A stretch of 62,940 nucleotides of DNA, the filler included, from Octopus bimaculoides (Eukaryota), in assembly GCF_001194135.2 (NCBI RefSeq). It is 6 parts of 5 records of this genome, joined end to end, with 100 filler letters (N's around TTAATTAATTAA, not from the genome) between each part and the next. Parts side by side here need not be neighbours in the genome. Positions count along the whole stretch, not along the records: positions 16,019 to 45,872 come from NC_068999.1; 5 more parts are not named here. One strand, 5' to 3'. Positions 25,528 through 38,338 of the stretch are shown piece by piece. A model generated the notes under the pieces. It saw only the letters and a list, made by a program, of their open reading frames with translations, did not search any database and was not told where the DNA came from. The position numbers were made by a program, and so were the translations under genes. How positions within the stretch are numbered: position 1 is the first letter of the stretch; each line of letters opens with the position of its first letter.

Positions 25528-26657
25528 CAGGGGTTGGACAAAGTATTTGGAAACACCTTAAAATTTCAAACAAATTTATTTTAATATGGAGTAGGACCGC
25601 CTTTGGCAGTAATTACAGCTTGAATTCTATGAAGTATGGACTCGTACAAAGTTTGAATTGTTTCCGAAGAAATTTTTGTCTCTTCTTCACCTAAAACAGT
25701 CTCCAGTTCTTGTAGTGATGATGGTGGGGGATATCGACTCCTTACTTGTTTTTCTAAAATGCACCATAAATATTCAATAATATTGAGATCTGAGGACTGT
25801 GGTGGCCAGATAAGATGTTCAACTTCACTAGAATGTTCCTCGTGCCATTCAGTAACAACTTTAGCTGTGTGAATTGGTGCATTATCATCCTGAAAGATTG
25901 CGTTTCCCCTCAGAAACAGTTCCACAACCACAGAATAAATTTGATCAGATAAAATGCTTAAATAGTCTTAACTATTAATTCTGCCATGAAGGGAAACCAT
26001 TGGGCCGGCAGATTTCCAAGATATAGCACCACAGATCCTCCTCCGTGTTTAATAATTGGAAGTCTGGGTCAAATGCTTCTTTTGGCTGTCTCCACACATA
26101 TACTCGGCCAGTGGTTGGAAATAAGGTAAAGGATGACTCGTCCAAGAAAATAACATTCTTCCACTGCTCTAGGGACCAATTCTGTAGGTTTTTACTCACT
26201 CTAAACGCTTTGCAACGTTTGTTTTTGAAAGTAGTGGTTTTCTGATTGCAGCCCTCCTGTGAAATCTGGCTTTGTGCAGCTCCTGGTGAACAGTTTTTGT
26301 GGAAACTGGGTTCTCAAGGTGGTCATTGAGCTTTGCAGTAATTNNNNNNNNNNCTCTTTCTCAAAGGCTGTCATTATTTTCAAGACAGTACTTCTTGATT
26401 CACCAAACATTTTGGCTGTTTTTGTTTTGCTAGCACCTGCCATACGAGCACCAACAATTTGACCTTTTTGAAAATCTGATAGATCTGTCATTTTAATGAA
26501 TTTTAATTACCTTTTGCTGATGATATCTGAAAAGAAACAACAATTTTAGCAAAACATATTAAGCAACACTAATAATAAATCAAAAAACAAAAATAAACAA
26601 GCTTAGATATTTCAAAATTATGATGCTAGGTGTTTCCATTATTTTGTCCAACCCCTG
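25528..26657 (-). mobile_element. Tc1/mariner DNA transposon with DD36E spacing, both TIRs present, transposase broken
   Basis: ~30-bp TIRs CAGGGGTTGGACAAA...GGAAACACCT; TA on both sides (25526-27, 26658-59); fragments 26491-26201 (HTH), 26199-25975 (VIFLDESSF) and 25931-25581 (FQDDNAPIH...DLNIIE). Confidence 0.92.
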
Positions 26658-27472
26658 TATATGTATGCAGTGTTTGTGTGCACTGCTTGACAATTAGCGT
26701 TGTTTTGTTTACATCTCTGTAACTTAGTAGTTCAGCAAAAGAGACCAATGGAATGAGTACTAAACTTTAAAATAACTTCTTAGGTTGATTTGTTCAATTA
26801 AAACCCTTCAAGGTGGGGCGCCAGCATGGTCGCAGTCCAATGACTGAAATAAGTGAAAGATAAGGAGAGCAGCAGATTTTCCCTTTTGTCAGACTCAGAA
26901 TCAGAATCAATATGACATTGAAACAATAATCTATAATAGAGCTTTTTTTATAATCATTGATTTGAGATTACCTGATTAAATTGATATCTTCATGTTGGAT
27001 AATAGATATAAGCTGTCTTCTATGAGTCATGTTTGTTGTTTAAAGAGATCATTTATCTCCACTAGTTCCATCAACTTTTTAAGTATGATGTTGAGTAGCT
27101 GCAATGATTTTCTTTTCTTAGTGTAACTGGTTTTCCCAATAAATTGATCTACTGTCACGTTATCAGTATCAGCTCTATTAGAACCGTTTGTTTTTAGCTG
27201 GCTAAAATATATACATTAAGGTGAAGTATATCAGAATATGCTCATCTTGTTAGTTAAATCTTTTTGTAAGATATGCAATATTAATACACTCACATATGAT
27301 CTCCTGATCATTGTGTTGGGTCATTTGATATAGTAAGCTTGTAACACAGGTGCCAGCATGGCCTATTATTTTTTTTTATGAATATATATATATATGTATG
27401 TGTGTGTGTTTATGTATGTATATGTGTATGTGTATATATATATATGTTTGTGTGTGTGTTTACGTGTGTGTG

Positions 27473-27527
<55 letters not shown>

Positions 27528-27780
27528 ATATGTGTGTATGTGTATATATCTATATCTATAAAAGAGAGTTTGTATGTGTATGTGCACGTATGTTCCTTAT
27601 GCATTCCAAAACCGAGTTGCCGATTTTGATATATGCGTATCAAAATATTCAGTACTATTTCCACTACCAACTAAACTTTGTTTTCCTTGACATATTTGCA
27701 TTACAAAAATTTGAAATTGGTCTTTTCCATAAGTCAACTATCGTAAACATTTCATACGATGACATCACATTTTCTATATG

Positions 27781-28190
27781 AGTTGTTTCTAAAGAAAGGT
27801 GCACCTATCATGCTCTTGATGAATTTCAACACACCAACGACTATGCAATGGTACAAGATTGACTACCTACAATAAGTCATGTCCTACAAGCAACCATTAC
27901 TGCCGGCTGTCATCAAGGAGAGATCGCATACATCCCACACATGCCCCTTATTCCCTCAAATGTGTCATTTCAGTTCATGCTCCTCCAGTTCCCAGTGTGA
28001 TTGTGCTTCACTGACAATCAACAAAGACTAGGGCCAAACTTTAAAAATTGTGGGTCTCAATTTACAAATACCCTGCTTCTCTCATGGACAGCTATATGTC
28101 GCATGCTCTCGAGTTAGCAGTACAGATGACCTGTATATTTATTCTATCGACACTTGGCTTATTCAAAACACAGTTTACCTAGAAGCATTG
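27781..28190 (+). mobile_element. Helitron PIF1-like helicase C-terminal remnant
   Basis: Broken frames give KKGAPIMLL...CNGTRL...QFPV*LCF...GQTLKIVGLNLQIPCFSHGQLYVACSRV...NTVYLEAL. Confidence 0.85.
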
Positions 28191-29653
28191 TCGGCTTCAC
28201 TTAACATATGTTGAAGTGTGCAGTCTGCCCAAACATGAGAGCTGAAGCAGCTTTCTTTCCATGTACCTTACTTTCTGCAATATGGATGCCTCTACGTCCT
28301 CATACATCATCCAATTCTTTAAATCCGTAAGTCTAGGTCATTTTCGGAGCAATGTTAGGATTTCATTCTAATCTAAGCTGCCATTCTGCATGTTTTTGAT
28401 GTCAATGATTTCAGCATTGTTCATCCCAAAATGACCAAAAAAACATGTTTATGAAGAAGCGTTGTTTGTTTCACACTCCTCATGTGCCAATTCTGCCCAT
28501 AAGAAAGAAACAAATAATACAATGTGGCTGTAGGTCATATAACACCCTGGCAACGCTGAGATGCACCATGGCTGTGTGTAAGGAGCTTGCTTTCCAATCA
28601 CATGGTTCCAGGTTCAGTCCCACTGCTTGGGACCTTGAGTAAGTGTTTTCTACTATAGTCACAGATTAACCAAATCCTTGTGAGTGAATTTGGTGGACGG
28701 GAACTGAAAAAAAAAAACTTGTGGTGTGTGTTTGTATTCATTTCCTACCACTGCTTGATAACTGGTGTTAGTTTGTTTGCATCCCTGCAACTTACTGATA
28801 AGTATTGGGGTCGATTTGTTAGACTAAAAAAACTCTTTCAAGATGGTGCCCCAGCATGACTGCAGTCCAATGACCGAAACAAGTATAAGATAAACGTGTG
28901 TGTTTGTATGTGTGTCTCCTTGCCTTGACATTGCGTGATTGTTGCAAATGAATGCCATTCATATCCAATATTCTCTAAAAACGTGCCTGGCCTTGGGGGA
29001 AATATTACATTGCTTGAAAGCAGGTGAGGATTGGTGACAGGAAGGGCATCCAGCCATAGGAAATCTATCTCAGTACTCTCTGTCTGATCCATTCAAACAT
29101 GGAAAATTGAGCGTTAAAACAATAATAAAGATATGATGATGTGAGTTGTGTGAAGCATGCAATACTGCCATGGGTGATGACAAGCTGGTAATTGGAGCAT
29201 TTCAACTCTGTGTGAGTATATGTGTGTATATGTAAAAAGGGAGGTATGTGAATGTGTGTGTGCAATGGAAGTGGGATGGTGAACATTCAACACTGAAAAC
29301 AAAAATCAAACAGCGTTTCAACTCTAAAATACTACAATTAGCCGTCATTTTTGACGGCACGGGGCCAGCTAGTGTTATAATAATGTTGTAGTCTTCCTGA
29401 ATTGAAGGAGTTATAAAAATCCTATTAGCGTTGAACGAATACATTCCTTTGTATTTCTGTCTCAATTCTGAAGGGCTGAACTTCAATTCTATGCCATATT
29501 TCATATCTATGGCCAACTTTTAAATAACCCAGTCCACTTGGCTGTTATTGAGCCCCCACCTACCCAACACACACACACGCTCTGTGAGTTGTATTGTTAT
29601 TTTAAACCTGATGGGTATTTTGCTAATTAGCAGTACTGAATTTAGTGTTAAGA

Positions 29654-30220
29654 AGATGCTATAACAATATGCAATTGGGAATGCAAATGTATTAATTTTG
29701 AAAAATTGCAAAACACATTCAAATATAGAAAGAAGAAAAAAACTGAAAAATTCAGGTAGTGTACCTAGAACGAGTCAATTTATTAAAGCCCACCTCTCCC
29801 AAAACTATCATCATCACCATTATTTAATGTCCACTTTCCATGCTGGCATGGTTGGACTGTCTGACTGGAGTTGGCTAAGTAGAAGACTACACCAGGCTTT
29901 AGTGTCTGTTTTGACATGGTTTTTAGACACTGAAGCCTGGTGCAAACTTCTGCCTGGCCAGCTCCTGTCAAACCGTCCAACCCATGCCAGCATGGAAAGC
30001 AGACATTAAACAATGATAATGATGATGATAACTTTGAGATTGGTGGGGGGTGGGTTTTGATAAACTGACCTGTTGTGGGTACGCTACCTGAATTTTTCAG
30101 TTTTTTTTTCCTGTATGTTTGAATGTGTTTTCTCAACATTTCTTTCTCATCTTTGGTTGTTACTTGAATTTTTCGAAATTAATACAGTTGCATTCCTGAT
30201 TGCATATTCTTGTAGCATCT
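29654..30220. repeat. Fold-back (long imperfect inverted repeat) in ZC3H13 intron 1
   Basis: Arms 29654-29907 and 29925-30220 around a 17-nt spacer; each arm has an RTE-like tail plus unique flank. Confidence 0.85.
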
Positions 30221-30650
30221 CCTCCTCTTTTTTTTTTTCTATAACTGTATTGGTGTTACAATACATACTCCAGCTCTCTAACTCTCCAACTGTCATATCC
30301 TGGTTGTTTATCTTGATCAAAAGAGGGATGGTCAAGAGGATGTCTGCTCATGACTACAGGGACATCTAAAACCATTAGAGAAAGCAAGGTTCCTACTTTT
30401 GTGAGTGGATTTGGGAGATAGAAACTGAAGTAGATGTACATGTATGTATGTTGTTTGCATCATAAGAATTCAGAAACTTCGAGACAATGTGAAATAGTGC
30501 CTTGAACTTGAAGTAGATAAAACTATATTTACAGAAGATGTGGGTTCTTTCCAAAGAGTTTTTAATCTAATATTTACATGCTATAATTTATATCTTCCTC
30601 TAATTTGAGTTCAACAATTAAAAGTAAATTGTGTGTATGTGTGAGAGAGA

Positions 30651-31410
30651 GAGGTGGGTGCTGAAAAGTCCCTGGTTTTGTGTAAAAGGAAATATAGGAG
30701 GATCAGTTAATTATGATTTTATTCAACGTATTCCCCTCTCAAGATTCACACACTTTTTGCAGCGGTCCTTCAGTTTTTCTAAACCCTATAAAAAGAACTT
30801 GGAAGGTTGGGCCTCCAACCAAGCCTCTGTAGCAGAAATCATCAAAATAGAGTGAAATTTCATTCCCTTGAGATATTTGGTCAGTTGTGAAAAGAGGTGA
30901 TAGTTGGAGGGTCCAAGTCAGAAGTGTAACGTGGGTGGTCTACTAATTAGAAAACAATGTCACATGTTTTCCATAGGGTTTCATGTGCTGTGTGTGCTGG
31001 TGCATTGTCTTGCAACAGCTCAGCTTTTTATGGCATTTCTACTTCAAAGCTTCATGTAGTTCCTCTAACAGAGACATATATTCTGCATTGATGGTGCAAC
31101 CCTTAGACAGGTATTTTATAAGGAGTACTTTGTTTCAGAACATTGAAGCCAGAATCTTTCCAGCTGACTTCAGGGTCCAAAACTTCTTGGGACACAGTGA
31201 ACTGCTGTGGCACCACTTCATTGATTGCTGCTTGGTCTGCGCATCATAATGATGAAGTCAAGTTTCATCCATGGTGACTAAATGAGACATAAAATCACCC
31301 TCTTCTGCTTTAAACCAGTCCAAAATTGCCTTTCATGTTGTCACTCTGATGTGCTTCTGATTTGTGTTCAAGCATTTCAGCACCCATTTTGCAGAAAGCT
31401 TTCTATGGTG
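30651..31410 (-). mobile_element. Mariner-type transposase remnant with one TIR-like end
   Basis: Minus strand: DFMSHLVTMDET*LHHYDAQTKQQSMKW and HPRYTSDLDPP (decayed HPPYSPDLAP); TIR-like GAGGTGGGTGCTGAAAAGT at 30651. Confidence 0.8.
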
Positions 31411-33405
31411 CATGCAGTGGAATTGGATCTGAGCCTATGTGGTGCCAAATGAAGTTCTTGATCAGAAATTAGCACAACTTTGTATAGTTTCAGTTCTTAG
31501 TGTATTAATATTAATATTAATATTAATGGTGCAAACCTAAGTAGTTTCAGTTTAACTTGAGTATTAAAAAATTCTATGTAATTGTGACTCAACGATGCCA
31601 GTGCTATAGGCAGAAGGAGGCTGTTTGATTAAGAAGCCTTCTCCATCTGCCATGTGGTCTTGGGTTCAGTCCTGCTGTTTAACACCTTGGGCAAGTTCCT
31701 CTACTATAGCCTCAGGGCATCCAAAGTGGTAGACAGAAACTGAAAGAAGCTTTGGTGTATGTGTGTGTATTTGTTTGTATTCTTGTCTAGACATCATACG
31801 ATGGTTGTAAATGAGCATCATCATTATGCAAGCAAGGCTGTTCGTTTCCAATCTTCCTGTGAAATACATGTCTGGCTGTGGGAAAATATTGCCTTGCTTG
31901 GAAACAGGTATGGGTTGGCAACATGATGGGCAGCCTGCTGTAGAAAATCTGTCTCCATAAATTCTGTCTGATTCACGTGAGCTTAGAAAAGAAAAGATTA
32001 GATGACATTATGATAATATAACTCAGCACATGGACTAAAACACATTCAAGATAATACTTTTATTTTATTTTATATTTCAGTTTTCCGAGTTTTTTTTAAT
32101 TACTTATTTCTGTTTCAGTTTTTATCTACGCATGCAATTATGTCCATATGCAGTAACATCTAAATTTATTTGATGTCTTTTATGTTTCTTTATATGAACA
32201 TTTTGTTTTATTTCGTTATTGTTCAAATTAAGCTAATATGGAAAAATGGACAGCAGATTATAGATATTAGCTAATTATGATTATATAGACTTCGCTTTGT
32301 TCTCAACAAAGAGTGGAAATACTTCTTTATAGCCGACTTGAATCTGATTACAAAATCAATTAAACACCAGAATGGTTTGAAATGTTAAAGTGGTTAAGAT
32401 GGTTACTGGTGTCAACTTAGAGCAGCAAAAACACCACATTCTATAGACCACAAGTGAAGCAAAAGCATTAGAATTGGACAGTGTTGTGTGGTAAGAAATT
32501 TGCTTGCCAACCATGTCACTCTGGGTTCAGTCCCACTGTGTGGCACCTTCAACAAGTGTCTTACTATAGCTCCCTCTGACCAATCAAGAGCTTGGGAATG
32601 GATTTGATAGACAGAAACAGAAAGAAGCCTGTTGTTTGTATATGTATATGTGTGTTACTGTTTCCTTGTCATGACATCGTGTGATAGTTGTATACAGGTG
32701 CCAATGTTACCCACTGAGGGACATGCTCAAGCAACTGACAAGCAAATCCTTGGTATTGAGCAGAATATTTGCTATAATGATATTTCTGCTTCAGCATCAG
32801 ACATTGTAGTCAAAGATATGAAAGAGACTGGTCACAGGTGTAACACCTTTGATCACAGGTGTACTACTTGATCGGGACTGACTTGGGGTTAAGCAACAAC
32901 TGGTTTATATTTTTATTGGCAGTCTAGTGCAGTCCTCTGCCTGGCCAGGTTCTGTCGAACTGTCCAACCCATGCCAGCATGGAAAGCGGATATTGATGAT
33001 GATGATGATGGCAGTGGAAGAGTGTTAGGCAAATGAACTCTAATAAGAATTTGAACTCATGACTATAAGGTATCAAAATAGCATTTAACAAAATATTTGC
33101 AACTGAGTAAAGTTGTTGAGCACTGACCTAAATGTTTCTATTGTATTTAATTTTGTCTGTGTCCTGAATTTAAAACAAAATTCTGCCAAGTTTGACCCTA
33201 CCTTTCATTCCTTCAGAATGCTGATAGTCTACAGAGTGACTGATTTAAAAAGTTTTGCTCATCTGTTGTTGGTATATGAGGATTTTAGAAAAGAAACTAA
33301 ACTGTTAAAATTTATTTACTCTTTTCAATATTCCTGTTGAATTTATTTTAATGATATTGAAATAAATCCTGTAGTTGGCATATTTTTTTTCTTAATGTTT
33401 TTTAG

Positions 33406-33538
33406 AGAATGGATAAAACAGCATATGTAGAAAAGTGCCGCAACTGGCTTTTAACAAGGGCATGTCCATTTGGTTCAAAATGCAAATTTCTTCATGGTCC
33501 CTTTTCTGAAGAAACAAATGGACCAGAAAATCGAAGCC
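33406..33538 (+). CDS. ZC3H13: ZC3H13 CCCH zinc-finger exon (3' end lost in N gap 33539-33623)
   Basis: Acceptor tttttag at 33404-05, phase 0; RMDKTAYVEKCRNWLLTRACPFGSKCKFLHGP = C-x8-C-x5-C-x3-H, matching recalled human CRNWLKTGNCLYGNTCRFVHGP. Confidence 0.9.
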
Positions 33539-33643
33539 NNNNNNNNNNNNNNNNNNNNNNNNNNNNNNNNNNNNNNNNNNNNNNNNNNNNNNNNNNNNNN
33601 NNNNNNNNNNNNNNNNNNNNNNNCTCTCTCCCTCTCTCCCCCC

Positions 33644-33691
<48 letters not shown>

Positions 33692-34497
33692 TTCTCACTC
33701 CTTTCATATAACCTTTTATAATGTGATTTCAGGTGTTCCTTGTACTGAGAGTAGTCTCTGTTATTTCTAACATAAGGGACGTAACTTATAATGTTCATGC
33801 TCTTCCTAGGCTTATAGGTGAGGTGAAATGACTACATTGTAGGGTTTAAATCCTTACAGCGTTGCTTGGTGAGGAGGGTAATTGTTGGGCACCCTGCAGG
33901 ACAAAAAATGAAACCTGTCAAAGGGCGGAGGAACTACTGTAGTCATCAACGGCCATCCAACATTGTGTGTTAGGGTAGGATGGTACTCTTTTGCTTTGGT
34001 TAGCAACCTTCCTAGAAATAGTGTCTTGATAAAAATACCTTAGGAGTTGATGGATTTACCTATTGCCTGGCTTCACTCTCCTACCTAGCTTACTGGGTTG
34101 AATAGAGGCTGAGTAATTAGCCTTGTTTCTGGTAAGGGCTTTGAACACTGGTGTTTAGCCTCTGATGAGCTCCATTATCCAGTTCATTTGGTCTTCATAT
34201 TTCTCTGTTCTTGTTGATCTTGGTGAGGGTACTGGATTGTGTAGTTTTCTGGTAGTCAGGAGCCCAAAATCTCTGGTGGCGCATGGAGAGGTTGCTCTAT
34301 CCACAATTGTATAATATTGGTGTATCTGTAGTGCCATGTTACGCATGGATGGGGGTCCTGCAGCTCCATCCGGTGGGCTTTCCCGAGGTGACACATCGTC
34401 TGCTGGAATATTATAGGGAAGCTGATTACTTGCTTACTTAAGGTGGAAATCATCCCTGGCTGGTCTTTTTTTTTTTTTTGTCTTAATAAATTCAATC

Positions 34498-37040
34498 ATG
34501 GCAGTCTGCAGTAAACAAAATCACAAACCAGACTCAGCTAAATCACCTGCTCGTTTTACTATTACATTCCCCAATATATGTAGTCTCCGTTCTAATCTTA
34601 TGGATGTTGAATCTTTTCTTGCTCAGAACTCTCCTGACATCCTTGCTTTGAATGAGACAAATCTTAGTCCTGACATTTCAAACGATTTTGTTGTTCCTGG
34701 CTGTCTTCTTCTCTACCGGAAGGACTCTCGCAATCGTATGCATAGCTTGGGCATCTTTGCTCGTGTCATCTTCCCATCATTTGTGAAGATCTTGAGGATA
34801 CTCCGCAATCTTTCATGTGTTTTTTGACTTTCTTTTCTGCACTCAATTAGCTACTTGTTCTTTCTCTATCGTTTTCCATCTTCTCAAAATTGTTCTTTTA
34901 TGCGGTCTGTTTCTGACAGCACCAATAAGGCTCTCTCGTTTCATAACTCTGTGAATATATTCGTCTTTGGTGATTTTAATATTCACTATGAAGAGTGGCT
35001 TAAGTTTTCTCATAACACTAGGGCATCTGGCATTTTTGCACTTTCTCAATCGCTCACACAACTTGTTGACTTTCCTACTTGCATTCCTGATCATGATGAC
35101 CAATCTTCCCCCCTCCTTGATCTCTCTTTGGCATCAAATCTTGATATCTGTAAGGTTTGTCATGATTTTCCACTCAGGTGATCTGATCATGTTGTTGTTT
35201 CAGTTAACGTTTCACTGAATTGTTCTGATGCCAAGGAGTCCCCAATTCATTGTACTCTATTCAGCTATGTTCGTGGTGACTGGGACAATTTTTATTACAT
35301 TCCTTGGACCAGTATTTTTGCTAAACCTGTTGAGGCCTGTGCTGGGGAAGTTCCTACTTGGATTTCCACTGGTGTTAACACCTTCATACCATCTCGCAAA
35401 TACCAGCTGAAATCGCATTCCTCATCCTGGTTTTCTCCTGCTTGTGCTGCTGCTGTTGCCCATCATAATCATTTTTTTCCACCAGTTTCAGCGAGATAAT
35501 TCTGCAGTGAATAAACAGCTTTTTACCAATGCTCGCAATCATTGTAGGGCTGTCATTCGTGATGCTAAATCAGACTACGAGCAGCACATTCATGATCGTA
35601 TATTATCCCAGAAAGTAGGCTCTCGTGACTTCTGGAGAATTATTAAAACTCTTAGAGGTAACAATAAGTCTTCTATTCCTCCTTTATTCAACGAGCCTGA
35701 GGTCCTGACATCTAATGATAAAGCAGAAGCCTTTGCTCAACTGTTTAGTTCTCACTCTCTTCTCAGTAACTCTTCTCATCCATTTCCTGATGTTTTTCTC
35801 AAAACTGATAAACTGTTACACAGTTATCATATTACTTCTGCTAAGGTTGCAGCCATTGTGGCACGGTTGGATCCATGTAAAGCAACTGGACCTGATGGTA
35901 TTCCAGTCATTGTTCTTCAAAAGTGCTCTCCTGAGTTGTCTTCTGTCTTATTCTTCCGAAAGTGTATCTCCGAATCTTGTTTTCCTTCTTTATGGAAATT
36001 CCCAACTGTTCTTCCTTTCTTTAAGAACTGTGGTGATCAATCTAATCCTCATAATTATAGACCAATTAGTTTACAACCAATCATCAGTAAGGTTTTTGAG
36101 TCCTTGATTAATGACTCTCTTGTAAAAATATCTTGACTCAAATCGTTTATTCTCCGACTCTCAATATGGTTTCTGTGCCGGACGGTCTATTGCTGATCTT
36201 CTCACTGTTATATCCGAGCATGTTTATTGTGCCTTGAATGTATCTGGTCAAGCTAGGGCAGTTGCTTTTGATATCTCTAAGGTATTTGATAGGGTTTGGC
36301 ATGCTGGACTTCTTTGGAAGCTCCAATCCTTTGGTGTGTCAGGTTTCATGCTGAACATCATCTTCTCTTTCCTTTAACCCTTTTCTTTATTGTATTTATT
36401 TTGAGATGCTCTGTGTTTCTTTCAATTACTTTAAACATAACAAAGAATTCAGTAAAATAACTTAGTTATCGTTAAGCTAGTGTTAGGAACATAAATTGTG
36501 ACTAAGGTTTGGTGGGATATTTTAATTCAAAACTTATGAAAACAAGACATTTGTACTCAAGAGCCAGAGCTGGTTTCAGCCGGGTTGGTAACGAAAGGGT
36601 TAAGACCATAGGATCAAGGTTGTTCTTGATGGTCAATCTTCATCTAGTTATTCTATGAATGCTGAGGTTTCTCAAGGATCTGTCCTGTGCCCAACTCTCT
36701 TTCTTCTTTTTATCAATGATCTGCCCGACCATATCATCTGTCAGCTCATAGTCTATGCTGATGACTCTACTTTGTACTCTTGTTTGGACAAATCTGCCAA
36801 CTTGTCTGATATGGTTGAGATCACTGCTAACCTTCAGAATGATCTTTGATCTGTTGTTGAGTGGGGTAGGAAATGGCTTGTAACGTTTAATCCATCGAAA
36901 ACCAAACTTTTTTCAATTAATCGCTTCAGACATTCTTTCTCATCGGTTTCAATGGATGGTATTGACTTACCCGAGAGTCGTTCTCTTCTTCTCCTAGGAG
37001 TGACTTTCTGTAATGATTTTTCTTGGAGAACTTACATAGG
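34498..37040 (+). mobile_element. CR1-group (CR1/L2/Crack-like) LINE ORF2 relic: APE endonuclease + RT, frameshifted
   Basis: PDILALNETNL and VFGDFNIH (APE); KATGPDGIP, NYRPISL, QGSVLCPTLFLLFINDL and YADD (RT); several stops/frameshifts; split by a MITE at 36378. Confidence 0.92.
36378..36599. mobile_element. TTAA-type MITE inserted in the LINE RT
   Basis: TTAA at 36374-77 and 36600-03; CCCTTT/AAAGGG ends; removal rejoins RT-like sequence (...HRIKVVLDGQSS). Confidence 0.85.
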
Positions 37041-37334
37041 TCCACCATTCGCCCCTGCATTTAGTACAGTAACAAAAGGGTTAGATTGTATTGCTCTAGT
37101 CTTTACAGCCATGGACTATGCCTTGCATATGGCATATCTTTTCAATCAAATAAACAGAGGTGGAAAAATTTAAATGCTTTAAATCAGGGATGACTTGTCA
37201 ACTTCTTTGCTAGCAGGCACATGCCTATAAAAATTTGATCATCAAAAGCTCTCATCCAAATAAATAAGAAGCATGCTATAAAACGTTAATAGAGATCCTC
37301 ACACTAAAAGGTTCCTTGAGTAAAAGTATATTAA

Positions 37335-37549
37335 CCCTTTTGGTACCAACGTGCATGAGTTCACCTTTAGTTCTGTGATGCTAATTTCCTGTTTTAAAGT
37401 GATGTAAATGGAAATCTATCAAAATTTCATGTTAATTTATATTTTAAACATCAGCTTAACGACAAGGTTATTTTACTAAATTCTTCATTATTTTGAAAAT
37501 TAATGGAAACAAAAATAAGTATTCCAACAGCAATATGATAACATAAGGG
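37335..37549. mobile_element. TTAA-type MITE, related to the 39220 copy in opposite orientation
   Basis: TTAA-CCCTTTTGGTACC left end; decayed right end AAGGG-TCAA. Confidence 0.6.
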
Positions 37550-38131
37550 TCAATAGTGGTTTGTCTCTATGTGGACACCCTGTCATATATTGTGGTCATA
37601 TTTAGCTGTATTTTCTGTGTTCTGGAATGGATATGAAATAAAGCCTTATGATTTAATGTCAGTCATGTTGTAGGTAGTATTTCCCACAAGAGGAATTGAA
37701 TTCATCATCATCATCATCTAACATCCATTTCCTATGCTGGCATAAGTTTGACAGTTTGACCCAGATTCAACAGACCCTAGGGCTGTGCCAAGCTCCAGTG
37801 TCAGTTTTGGCATGATTTCTACAGCTGGATGCTCTTCCTAATATCAACCACTTCATAATGTATACTGGGTGCTATTTCTTTTTTGTGCCACTGGCACTGC
37901 AAGCCAATGCTTTTTGTACATTAGTTTTTCAATATATCTCCTGTGAACAACAGTGAAATTATACTACTCTGCGGTGCCTACTTAGTGCTAAATAGACTTA
38001 CTTGACTGTTGAGAATGAAATGTTTTGACCAGAGATATAATGCATGCAGTGCTAGGGACAGTGTAAACTATCAACCTCTTGACTGGTTATCCGGTAGTCT
38101 GTCCAATCAGGCATCCCTGCTCTTAGCTTAA

Positions 38132-38338
38132 CCCTTTAGCATTCAGACTACATCGCCAAAAGCAATGCTTTTTTATTCACATCGTTTTGAATTAATCATG
38201 CATTATGTCATAGCTTCAACATTTCAATGATGTGATTGTTTATTTTTAGAATGACACTGTGGGGTAGGTGTGAAAGGCTAAATCTGAACATAAAACAAAA
38301 TGTTTTGGTCAAATATGGTTGGTTAAAATACTAAAGGG
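38132..38338. mobile_element. TTAA-type MITE (different internal sequence)
   Basis: TTAA at 38128-31 and 38339-42; 12-bp TIR CCCTTTAGCATT / AATACTAAAGGG (1 mismatch). Confidence 0.85.

Noticed and set aside
35444-36136. 230-aa ORF as a host gene or active retrotransposon
   Set aside because: A fragment of a frameshifted, MITE-interrupted LINE ORF2.
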